The notes below the pieces were generated by a model. The model ran no database searches. It was not told the origin of the DNA and saw only the letters and a list, made by a program, of their open reading frames with translations. Below, piece by piece: positions 12,592 to 22,776 of a DNA stretch of 32,765 nt (positions within the stretch are counted from its first letter, which is position 1; every line of letters starts with the position of its first letter). The DNA is from Octopus bimaculoides (lineage: Eukaryota): the NCBI RefSeq assembly GCF_001194135.2, contig NC_068989.1:42651055-42683819 (forward strand), given 5' to 3'. Both the position numbers and the translations under genes were made by a program.

Positions 12592-12714
12592 TTGCTGATT
12601 TTTATAATGCAAGATATTTATTTATTTATTTATGTGTTTCAGCCAAGTGGCTGCGGTCATGCTGGTGCACCACCGTGAAGTGATAATTTGATATAGTGAT
12701 AATTTGTAGCGTAT

Positions 12715-13342
12715 GAATTCAAGAATTGTATCCTCTCTCCAAGAACCCAAATTCGGCAATACTTTGTTCCAGACGGGTTGATACGTATCGTATTACTTCA
12801 ATAAGAAATAAGTATGAAGCTGAAAGTGTTTTCTTAGGTACTAGATTTGCAAACTCCTTGTCTGTGATCCATAGATGTCCTCTTTCTCTTATATTTTTTT
12901 TGCCATATTCGTATACAGAGGACAGCTCATTTCTACAATAGAACATTTCTTTGTTTTATGGTCCCTCACGATATCTGACCGGTAGTGTTTTAACTTAATG
13001 CATGTTTTAATTTTTATCCTCCCCCAATATTCTGTAGGTGTCTGTAGGTGTTTTCTTTTTCTCATCCTATTCCAGACTGTTCTGGCCAACTCATCATACC
13101 TCAAGAGAAGATAACATCTGGAAGACATTCTATCGCAGTTGGCAAAAATGTGGTTGATGTATTCAGTATTGTTTTGCACAGTCTACATATCTTGCTTGTC
13201 AAAGTTTTCTGCCTTTTATGCTGTAGGTACTTGCTGGCGATCTATTGTTCTTGAATTTCATGGAGGTAGCCTTCGGGATGGGATGTCATAAACTTGCCGG
13301 TAGTCCATGCCAAGCTTTTGACATGATCATTCCCTTCTATGG
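12715..13342 (-). mobile_element. R4/Dong-like non-LTR retrotransposon 3' fragment (CCHC knuckle plus restriction-like endonuclease), disrupted
   Basis: Minus-strand translation across frameshifts gives EGYLHEIQEQ*IASKY, CRLC..EYINHIFANC..RYD, KHYRSDIV..KKCSIVEMSCP..EKEDIY. It is homologous to the 16642-17031 copy. Confidence 0.8.
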
Positions 13343-13752
13343 TATGTATGTATGTATGTATGTATGTATGTATGTATGTATGTATATGCGTGCGTGCGTG
13401 CGTGCGTGCGTGCATGCGTGCGTGCGTGCGTGCGTGTATGCATGTATGTAACGATATACATCAGTGAAAAAAACGAAAAATCTCTCTTTTCGGGTAAAAT
13501 TACCTTGTTTCACCATTTCACTTTCATCAATAGATATACAACGAACTGACTTTTTCCTGTTGATAACAGGCAAACCGCGACGCTACAGTTTACCAAATGC
13601 AAGATATAAGACAATATAAATAAACATAAGCGCTTTAGGAGTTACGAAATAGAACGATTTGGGGCATTATGAACACAATTCGGTATTAATCTGTTACAAC
13701 CAAAGCCAATACCTCCTTACAGTTCATTGATACCAGACTACATCCGCATTAT

Positions 13753-13950
13753 TCATATGGGCCCTGTAAAGACACTCACTAAACTTATATAAAATTCATT
13801 GGAAGCCAGCACTTCCCCCTCTGTTCTCTTCTTTCTTCTCAAATAGTACCAGAAGAAATTGATGAGAGCTGATCCTTGGAGGAAAATCTCTCTTCTCAGA
13901 TCTTTAATTCGTGTCCATCTCATATCATCCTTTGCCATAGCCAAACGTCA
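13753..13950 (-). mobile_element. Possible upstream piece of the same R4-like element (thumb region)
   Basis: WTRIKDL...YLRRKKRTEGEVLASNE resembles the LYxxRxxGGRGL motif of R2/R4-clade elements only if a small indel is allowed. The match is weak. Confidence 0.3.
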
Positions 13951-15324
13951 AAATAATTCCGTTTGTTCTTTGTCAAAGAAAGACGATGAACTCTGGTTCG
14001 AACCTCACTATATACTAGATCCGTCACATACTTCATAATAGCTGTGCCATATAACCCTACAAACCAGTAATCTTGGGACATAAAACAAGTGTGCACGGGA
14101 CGTTGTCGTCACACATTATCTCGAGCAGGATCGGTTGCTAGCGGTTTGAACATATAATACTTGTAGAGTTAATCCCGCATAGGTAATGACCGTAGCATTA
14201 CCACGTTAAGAACTTTTGAATAATACATGACCTGAATGTCTTTCTGAAAAAATTGTCCAGTTTGTCCAGTTTGTCCACGCCAACGTCTAGAGTTATTCTC
14301 AGGCCTTCTTCATTCACATCCTCAATTAACCCTCTATACTGGAATGAACTGCATAGTCGGGCTCGTAAAGTACAGAATGTAATGCAGTATTCCAGAAATA
14401 TTTCTTAATTTGTGGAAGCACGTGATAACCTGATCATCCTATGAAAAACGCCCTCTGTTTGCTCGTGGCTCCCAGGAATTCGAGTTTTCATTTGCGGTTA
14501 AAAGAAGAATTAAGTGCAGAAAATACTAGGAAATGAAATTTTATAGTGACACATGCATTCGCGAAACCTGAACCATTGTCTCAATGATTAAAGCCGTCAA
14601 ACAAGTAACGAAAAAAAAAAAAAACATTGGAAAGAAGAAAAAGAGAACGAAGGTGGTAATACGTTACAAAAACTCCGGAGTTGGAGCAACAGCATTTTTC
14701 CATGTATCATACATCCTATACGACTGAACACACATACATGTAAACGTAAAGCCGAATTGCTTATTGATACTCCTGAGTCACGCCTCTTGAAAGATTTTCT
14801 TTTATGTTCTGCTGCAACTCCAAAAACTATATGGTTGTAAGCAGTGTAGCAGTGGTATCCCTACAATACATAGATTACACAGATTTAGATGATTATCAAT
14901 AGCAGGGCCCTGGTCATTGGAAGCTCTGAGTGTCTGTCCGTCTGTTTGTTTCTCTCTTTCTCTTTTTTTTTTACATACTCCCACCACACAGTTGTACTTA
15001 TTTTTCATTTTTTCTTTTGTGTGGTAAAATGATATAGAAGTGCTCAGCACAACCTTGTGGTAAAAATATGTAAAGTCAGTAATATGTTTATTAGTGTATA
15101 AATATACACATTCTCAGCTTTATTTAATTTGCTGATCTGTCAATTGGGCAAAAAGGCTGCTTGAACGATATTGTGGTCCGGATTATATTTTAACTTATCC
15201 TACATATATATAAACACACAGAGATGTGCACATACACACGCATAATTAAACTGGTAATGACAACGATATATAAACAGACAGATAGCTAGGCAGGTAGACA
15301 GATAGATAACTAGACAAACAGACA

Positions 15325-15326
15325 GG

Positions 15327-15374
<48 letters not shown>

Positions 15375-15495
15375 AAAATAGACAGACAGATAGATAGACT
15401 TACAAACAGACAAACTGACAGACATACGGAGAGACGGATGGATGGATGGATGGATGGATGGATGGATAGATGGGTGGATGGATGGATGGATGGAT
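15325..15495. repeat. (GATA)n/(GACA)n/(GGAT)n tetranucleotide tract
   Basis: Direct reading. Confidence 0.95.
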
Positions 15496-16004
15496 AAACA
15501 GCCAGTAAAACTGATAAGTTAGTGAAGGTCCATAAAGGAGAGAATTAGAATAGAAATAGATAAATAATACATGGAGGCTACCGAGAGACAAGCAAACGAA
15601 TTGATAATGACCTTAACATATAAGCGCTGCATCTGACAGCTGGCTGGAACCGATATGAAATGTCAGTAAATCAATTCTAAATTGTCACAACATTTTAGAT
15701 AGTTTGAAATCCCCTACAGTAAATGGAATGCTTAGTTTATAAATTATTCCTTTCGTTAATAATTAGGAAATATTAGGACGGAATTTCATAACGATTTCAT
15801 TTTTTGAGAACAGTGACAACATTGTTTATGTGGGAAAATAAAGGAGTGAAAAACTGAAGGCACTTTACGAAGTAACATAATTACGAAAAAGAATAATGGT
15901 CTGAGGGGGTCCCTTTTCATTTAGTTTAAAGTCGTTTATTTCACATAGAAGGGAATAACTAAATTCTGAGAGACGTTCAAATAATTAATATATGGCTGTA
16001 TTAA

Positions 16005-16203
16005 GTCAGCGAGTTGGTAGAATAGTTACTACGCCGGACAAAATGCTTGGCGGCTTTTCGTCCGTCTTTACGTTTTCAGTTCAAATTCCGCCGAGGTCGA
16101 CTTTATCTCTCGATAAAATAACTACCAGTTGAATGCTGGAGTTGATGTAATCGATTTATTCCCTCTCCCGAAATTGCTAGCCTTGTGCCAAAATTTGAAA
16201 TCA
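16005..16203 (+). mobile_element. SINE family A copy
   Basis: A-box-like head CAGCGAGTTGGTAG, B-box AGTTCAAATTCC, then GCCGAGGTCGACTTT, GATGTAATCGA and tail CCTTGTGCCAAAATTTGAAA. Confidence 0.85.
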
Positions 16204-16226
16204 ATTAAGATATGGCCGTGTTCAAA

Positions 16227-16438
16227 GGCAGCGAGCTGGTAGAATCGGTACTGCACCAGGTAAAATACTCAGCGGTTTTTCGTTCGCCTTAAAATTCTGA
16301 GTGCAAATTCCACCGAGGTCGAGTTTACTTTTCATACTTTCGAGGTCGATAAAATAAGAACCAGTACAGAACTGGGGTCGAAGTAATCGACGTATCCCTT
16401 CTCCCGAAATTGCTGGCCTTGTGCCAAAATTTGAAATT
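16227..16438 (+). mobile_element. SINE family A copy, tandem to the previous one
   Basis: Same head, core and tail as 16005-16203. Confidence 0.85.
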
Positions 16439-16452
16439 AGTTAATATATATC

Positions 16453-16585
16453 TGTGTCGTAGGAAGTTTGCTTTCGAGTTCAGTTCCATTGTGTAGCTCC
16501 TTGGTCACGTGTCTCCTACTGTAGCTTCGGGCCGACTAAAACCTTGTGAGTGGATTTGGGGTATGTAAACTAGAAGTCCGTTGTA
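16453..16585 (+). mobile_element. 5' half of SINE family B
   Basis: GAGTTCAGTTCC B-box-like motif, then GTGTCTCCTACTGTAGCTTCGGGCCGACTAAAACCTTGTGAGTGGATTTGG, ending in (CATA)n. Family assignment is from recall of octopus repeats. Confidence 0.7.
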
Positions 16586-16641
16586 CATACATACATGCAT
16601 GCATGCAAGCATACATACATACAAACATACATACATACATA

Positions 16642-17270
16642 GGAATACTGATGAGATATACCAGTGAAGACCTCAACAAAATGTAAGCACAACAGACCTG
16701 ATATAATTATTTGGATAGAGAAGAGAAATTGTGCACAGTTGTGGAAATTAGCTGCCCAGCTGATGTTAACTTAAAACTGAAGATCAGTGTAAAAGAGAAC
16801 ACCTATGCTGAACTATTGAGAAATCTGCAGTTGCTCAATCCAGGTTACAAGTTCAGGTTTATACCTGTAATTATTGGGGCCCTGGGGAGTGTAACACACT
16901 GCCTCAATACCAATCTTGAGAAATTAAGCTTCTCAAATCCAGAAAGGAGAAAGTTAATTCGAAGACTACAGATCCAAGCCATCACTGGAACTGTAAACAT
17001 CTGTAAAACTTTCCAGAAGTTTATCATTTAGATATATATGAGCATGTTTAGATATGTAAATATATGCATGAGAATACACACATAAAACATACAAATCTGC
17101 ATATATACATACATTCATACATACATACATACATACATACATACATACGTGCATACATTCATACACACCGTGTTGTTCATGTTGAAGTTCTAATGAAGGA
17201 ACCTTGGATCTAGATTAGAAACCGGTTCGTTCTCTATTGGTAAGAAATCTTGAAATAAACTGAATAATGA
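16642..17270 (+). mobile_element. R4/Dong-like LINE, 5'-truncated, with 3' UTR
   Basis: Contains the endonuclease-coding segment ending at a stop at 17031, then a UTR with AATAAA near 17253. It is bordered on both sides by (CATA)n. Confidence 0.8.
16655..17031 (+). pseudogene. Restriction-like endonuclease C-terminus of an R4/Dong-like ORF
   Basis: DIPVKT..KHNRPDIII-(fs)-DREEKLCTVVEISCPAD..KISVKENTYAEL..FIPVIIGALG shows the RPD...E..K...KY and IPVIIGALG signatures of R2/R4-clade REL domains. Confidence 0.85.
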
Positions 17271-17340
17271 CATGCATAAATACATACATACATACATGCA
17301 TACATACATACATACATACGTACATACATACATATATACA

Positions 17341-17373
<33 letters not shown>

Positions 17374-17384
17374 GTGTGTGTGTT

Positions 17385-17555
17385 TAGTATTGTGCTTGTG
17401 CTCCACCACTGTTTGACACCTGTGTTTGTTTACGTCCCCGTAACTTAGCGGTTCGACAAAATGACCGGTACATGAAGTACCAAACTTTGTTCAACTGAAT
17501 CCTTCAATGCGGTGTCCCAACATGATCGTAGTCCATTGATTGAAACAAGTAACAG
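17385..17555 (+). mobile_element. 3' half of SINE family B, probably the continuation of 16453-16585
   Basis: TTTACGTCCCCGTAACTTAGCGGTTCGACAAA...TGAAACAAGTAA matches 17881-18048. Confidence 0.7.
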
Positions 17556-17680
17556 ATATAATAAAGGCGTGGCTGTGTGGTAAGAAGCTTCCGTTTATAT
17601 ATATGTGTGCGGGGGTGTATGTGTGCGGGGGTGTATATGTGCGTGTGTGTATTTGTCTGTCTTTCTTTCTGTGTGTGTAT

Positions 17681-18048
17681 GTATTCTTTTCTTTCGTTCT
17701 TTTATTTGTTTCAGTCGTTTGACTTCGGCCATTCTAGAGCACCGCCTTTAGTCGAACAAATCGAACCCAGGATTTACTTATTCTATCGTTTTCTTTTGCT
17801 GAACCACTAAGTTATGGGGACGCAAACACACCAGCATCGGTTGTCAAGCCTGTATTATATCTGTTGTCCACCCCACCATCGCTTGACAACCGATGTTGGT
17901 GTATTTACGTCCCCATAACTTAGCGGTTCAGCAAAAAGTGGACGATAGAATAAGTAAATACTGGGTTCGATTTGTTCGACTAAAGGCGGTGCTCTAGCAT
18001 GGCCGCATTCAAACGACAAACAAATAAAAGAATAAGAGAAAAGAATAC
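17681..18048. repeat. Inverted pair of SINE family B 3' halves (arms 17681-17849 and 17881-18048, 31-nt spacer)
   Basis: The arms are reverse complements over ~168 bp, e.g. CATCGGTTGTCAAGC / GCTTGACAACCGATG and GCACCGCCTTTAGTCGAACAAATCGAACCCAG / CTGGGTTCGATTTGTTCGACTAAAGGCGGTGC. Confidence 0.9.
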
Positions 18049-18686
18049 ACACACACACGCACAAACATACACACACATACACACACACACACACATGTAT
18101 ATTCCAGCCATTATCTCTGAGTGCCTGCTACTTAATCTGTGGCGTGACGGCAACTTACTCACACGCACTTCATTCAATATACGTCAACTCTTTTCTCGAA
18201 ATGACATTTGTATTCACTTCTCATTTCCGTTCGTCTTCTGTTTTTCTTCTCTGCACCACGTCCTTAACAATGTCTGGCTTTTCACCTTCTTGCTCCAAGT
18301 TATTTCACGTTTTCTTGGAATTATTTTCTGGACACATTTTCTATCTCTGGACACACTGCCAAATTCTCAAACTTTTTAACAATTTCTTGATGTTTATCCT
18401 CTTAAAGGCACACACAGAAATATACACATAGGCGCACACGCGCACGCAAACGCGTGCACACACACACACACACACACTCACACACACTCACACACACACA
18501 TTTAGATCCGGGTTAGTTCACTTCGAGTATAATTTTTCTTTCTTAACATTTTTTTTTTACTTCGTAAACTTCCCGACATATATGGAAAACGCATAGAAAT
18601 ATTGCCCTAATTAATCTAAATATATATATAAATGAAAGAAATACACACACATCTATATATATATATATATAACATGCATTTATACA

Positions 18687-18716
<30 letters not shown>

Positions 18717-18717
<1 letters not shown>

Positions 18718-19652
18718 GTAAGGACCGCGCAATGCGAGGTAACGAGAAAATCCTTTTAATACATCACACGGTCGATACGATAAATATTAATTGAATAGTA
18801 CACATATTTGCCACAGGGAAAAAGGAGACACGACCGCGTAGAATGAATAAAAGATTTATTGATATAATATGTGTGTTTGTATGCGTCATGGATACAGAAA
18901 TAAATTGAAAGGCCGTCGTGAGAAGAAAGCTTATGCGTGTATGTGTGTGGCATGGACGTGTGTGCGTGTTTTGTACGTATAAGGGTGTTGATAAGCAGAC
19001 GGTGAAAGAGTCTGTAAAGAGGAGTGAGAAGAATGTTCATAGACACAAGTAAGATAATACCAGTTGATAGTCATTAGTACACGGTAGTTGAAATACTGTA
19101 TCAAGAGGTTGTGACCATGATGCTGAGCCGGTTGCAGGTACATGTCGTACGTGAAGTCGTGGCTGTGATGTTGCTGCCTGGCTCAGTTGGAACAGGAGTT
19201 CTTGCAGGTTGTATATTCGCTGTTGATTCATGGTGAAGTAATTCACGACTAGTGTTGGGTTGGAACCCGGGTGAGTTGCTTGCTGAGCTGTGTACGTAGA
19301 GAGATGATGTTGACGACGTTAAGATGATGGTGGCGACGAAGACGGAGGTTGCGGTAATGCTGTTGGACGAAGTTGGTAAATCCCAACGTGGCTGCTGTAG
19401 TGTTGTCGCTGAAACTGGCTGTGTCTTCGTGGTCAGTACCTTGACCTTAAAAGGTCAGGAACCAAAGACGTATAATGAGGAAGAAGCTGAGTTTTATAAG
19501 GAGCTATCCGCGGTCAGCTGGTATAACAGAGTAGGAAACAAATTTCGCCAATACCAATCAGTCAGACTAGTGGACACAATGGGATACAAACAACGGCTAA
19601 AGGCTAGCTGGCCCTTGCTACGTTCGAATGTATATATTCATTCTACGCTACA
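18717..19652 (-). mobile_element. Probable solo LTR (Gypsy-like)
   Basis: A higher-GC block with TGTA...TACA termini and CATA on both flanks (possible 4-bp TSD, though inside a microsatellite). The minus strand has TATAAAA (19492-19498) upstream of AATAAA (18855-18860). No PBS, PPT or pol is nearby. Confidence 0.6.
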
Positions 19653-19654
19653 CA

Positions 19655-19782
<128 letters not shown>

Positions 19783-19949
19783 ATTGAAAAATTGGAGTCA
19801 ACAAGAAGGGGTAAGGTTGGACATTTATTATTTGATCACTACAATTGTTTCGACGCAATGTAGTTCTCCAGGTGTGCAGGTACTTGATTATGCAAATGTT
19901 TCCCTGCATAATGTGATCTAGTTGTACTTCTTTAGGCCATATGTAAATA

Positions 19950-20071
19950 TTGTCTCCGTAAGTTTAAAATTTTCGACTTCAAGAACATCCTATCTGTCTG
20001 TCGTGGCCCAAATTCAGGCCACAATAGACAAGATGTTTTTGAAGCCGATGATTTCAAACTTACGGAGACAA
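19950..20071. mobile_element. 122-bp MITE with TA target duplication (Tc1/mariner-type target)
   Basis: TIR TTGTCTCCGTAAGTTT(A/G)AAAT, 16 bp perfect. TA at 19948-19949 and 20072-20073. Confidence 0.85.
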
Positions 20072-20073
20072 TA

Positions 20074-20952
20074 GGTGGTCTGATCAATAAGTATCCGGAC
20101 TGTTGACATAGTAACGAAGCTAAAGAACACGGAGTGAAGCCGCTGGGCAAAGATTGACCTTGGTCTCTGCTGTGCATGTGCACTAAGTTTTAACGTTCTA
20201 TCTCACTTCTACTGCTTAGAGCAGTGCTTGGAAAGAAGGTGGGTAGCGTGTGATCGTCGCATTGGCCATGACCGAAAAAGTTGTCATGGTGTGATCTGCT
20301 CAGAAGCTTGAGCAAAGTTGCAGAAAGTGTATGAGCTGCACACAAGTGTACGAGTGGTTCAGACGTTTCCAAGATGGCTGAAAAATGTCTATATGGACGA
20401 ACATTCTGGGAGTCCAGCAACCAGCAGAACTGAGAAAAACATCGCAGACGTGCATGCAGCTGTAAGGGGAAATTGTCGAATCACCATCCGTAAGTTATCA
20501 GATGTGCAGATTAGTTTCGGTTCAATTCAGTCCATTATCATTGAAGATTTAAAGATTAGACACGTGTCTGCCAAGTTTGTGCCAAAACTGCTTTCAGCTG
20601 ACCAAAATGACACTCAGGTTTCAGTTGCACAAGATCTTGATTGTGTTGAGAAGGATGAAAACTTTTTGAAAACTTTGTGCAGACCTCACCTCTGAGCAGG
20701 TATCACCAAGCTTTTGGCAAAATTTGATGCATATTCTCTGCTCAACTTCCTCTGTCATGGTCAATGTGACGATCACACGCTACACACCTTCCTTCTAAGC
20801 ACTGCTCTAAACATCGGAAGTGAGCTAGAACGTTAAAACTTAATGCACATGCACAACAGAGATTAAGGTCAATCTGCACCAAGTAGCTACACTCCGTACG
20901 CTTTAGCCTCGTTACTATGACAACAGTCCGGATACTTATTGATCACACCACG
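20074..20952 (+). mobile_element. Non-autonomous mariner derivative with two 5' ends (long inverted arms)
   Basis: Ends are TA|GGTGGTCTGATCAATAAGTATCCGGAC and GTCCGGATACTTATTGATCACACCACG|TA. The inverted similarity extends about 200-280 bp inward. Confidence 0.85.
20275..20680 (+). pseudogene. Mariner transposase N-terminal (HTH) remnant
   Basis: TQVYEWFRRFQDG*-(fs)-DEHSGSPATSRTEKNI..RITIRKLS..ISFGSIQSIIIEDL..VSAKFVPKLLS, with the mariner WVPxxL-equivalent motif. The catalytic DD34D domain is absent. Confidence 0.85.
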
Positions 20953-21399
20953 TATTTACATATCGTCTGAGGAAACAACTAGAGGTAATGCAGGGAAACA
21001 GTTGCATTATCAAGTACTTGCGCACGTGGAGAACTACGTTGCGTCGAACCAATTGTAAGGATTAAAAAATAAATGTCCAACTGTACCCCCTCTTGTTGAC
21101 TCCAATTTTTTTCAATTAGCTACTCACACACGACAGATGCCCAAACGCAAACATGGAAATACGTATAATAGTATTGCTGGAGAGCACAAGGTAAATCTGA
21201 ATGTGAACGAGCTTTATACTGTACTCTACTACGTTTCTAACAGAATATATCATAACTATATACATATGTGTGTGTGTGTCTGTGTGTGTATGTGTGTACT
21301 ATTAAATATATAAAAAATACACAAACACGCACACACACACAAACACACATACGCACACACAAACACTATATATATATATATACACACACACATACATAC

Positions 21400-21451
<52 letters not shown>

Positions 21452-21490
21452 AAGGAGAGAGAGAGAGGGGGGGAATATAAAGATAGAAAC

Positions 21491-21598
21491 GATGGAGAAA
21501 AATGATGAATTTCATTCAATAATAAACATTGAAAAATCACTTTTTGTAGTGATTTTTCAATGTTTATTGTTGAATAAAATTCGTCATTTTTCTCCATC
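21491..21598. repeat. 108-nt near-perfect hairpin (51-bp arms, 6-nt loop)
   Basis: GATGGAGAAAAATGATGAATTTCATTCAATAATAAACATTGAAAAATCACT-TTTTGT-AGTGATTTTTCAATGTTTATTGTTGAATAAAATTCGTCATTTTTCTCCATC. On the plus strand there are 2 G.U pairs and 1 mismatch. Confidence 0.92.
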
Positions 21599-22359
21599 AT
21601 TCATATCTTTGTATTCTCCTTTTTCATCTCTCATGTATATATATATATACTTTATATAGTTTGTGATATGACAAACTCAGGAGCTTTTTTATGAATACTA
21701 CAGGATTACTTGAATTCATGCTTCCCTTAAAAATTATAGAAACAAAGTTGAAACCATATCATTTTTCATAAGGTCGTTCTACTAATGTTCTGTAAAATTA
21801 ATATAAACTACTTGACATAATAGGCTTCTGACTTTTATAGTCTGAATTAGCATGCGATGAGATGCAGTGGCAGACGAAAAAATAAAAAATTCTGTGCAAG
21901 GGAAGCAACACGAACTATTGCACCCTTTTTGGTGTAATATTTTAACATATTTTCCGATAAAAATACCAAAAAAGAGAATTTTTTCTAGTAAGAGCTGATA
22001 ACGAATAGTTTTAGATGCTAATAAATATTTATGCGCTTAGATTAAGTTTCTGTCAATTCGCAATATCTATGATATATATAGTGTTACGTTGTTATGTAAC
22101 ACTTACATAAGAAAAGAGAAGCAAGTTGGTTTCCTGCATCCATCAGAAAAACGGGAAAAAGAAACGCGCGTAGTTTTCTGCGTTTATTCAACTAATATTT
22201 CATACTTTTTCAAATTACAGAACACCCTTAATATATAATGTGATTTTTTTTTTAATTTAAAAAATGGCTGTATAATGTGAACATGACAATTTGATGTAAA
22301 TATCTGTGAGAGAAAATGTTGGTCATTGCTTCCCCAGCCAGAAGGATCACCGCACGCCC

Positions 22360-22405
<46 letters not shown>

Positions 22406-22407
<2 letters not shown>

Positions 22408-22776
22408 AGTACTCATTATAGGTACATTACTGATAGGTTTACTCAAATGGTCTATTGGTCAACTGAGGCAAATTGAACGACCTAAGAAAATTAACGCTAC
22501 TTTCGTCAGAGGCATTTCTGGTTATAATAAGCAAAGTACTGGAGGAATGGCTATTGTGTGGGGAAGGTAGGAGGAGAAGGTATTCTACTTGAACTTTTCC
22601 ATCTCTCCCCCCACTTTCCCCACACAATAGCCAGTTCTTCCGTGCTCTGCTTGTTAGAACCGGAAATGACTGACGAAAGTAGCTTTAATTTTCTTGGGTC
22701 ATTCAGTTTGCCTCACTTGATCAATAGACCAATTGAGTAATGTATCTCTCAGTAATGTACCAATGACGACTACTGG
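22406..22776. repeat. ~370-bp foldback (MITE-like), arms ~180 bp
   Basis: CCAGTA...GGTACATTACTGA...GGTCTATTG...CTACTTTCGTCAG...GGCTATTGTGTGGGGAA versus TTCCCCACACAATAGCC...CTGACGAAAGTAG...CAATAGACC...TCAGTAATGTACC...TACTGG. No clear TSD. Confidence 0.85.

Noticed and set aside
16648-16654. CTGATGA hammerhead core match
   Set aside because: It lies in the R4-like coding remnant (just before DIPV) and has no stem II, GAAA or stem III.
19837-19874. Minus-strand CTGGAGA...CGAA-ACAATTGT-A hammerhead-like layout in the outer repeat arm
   Set aside because: The palindromic stem III and GUA are suggestive, but A6 is G, stem II does not pair, stem I is only 3 bp, and the other arm lacks GAAA.
22670-22676. 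CTGACGA in the foldback arm
   Set aside because: No downstream GAAA or cleavage triplet in register.
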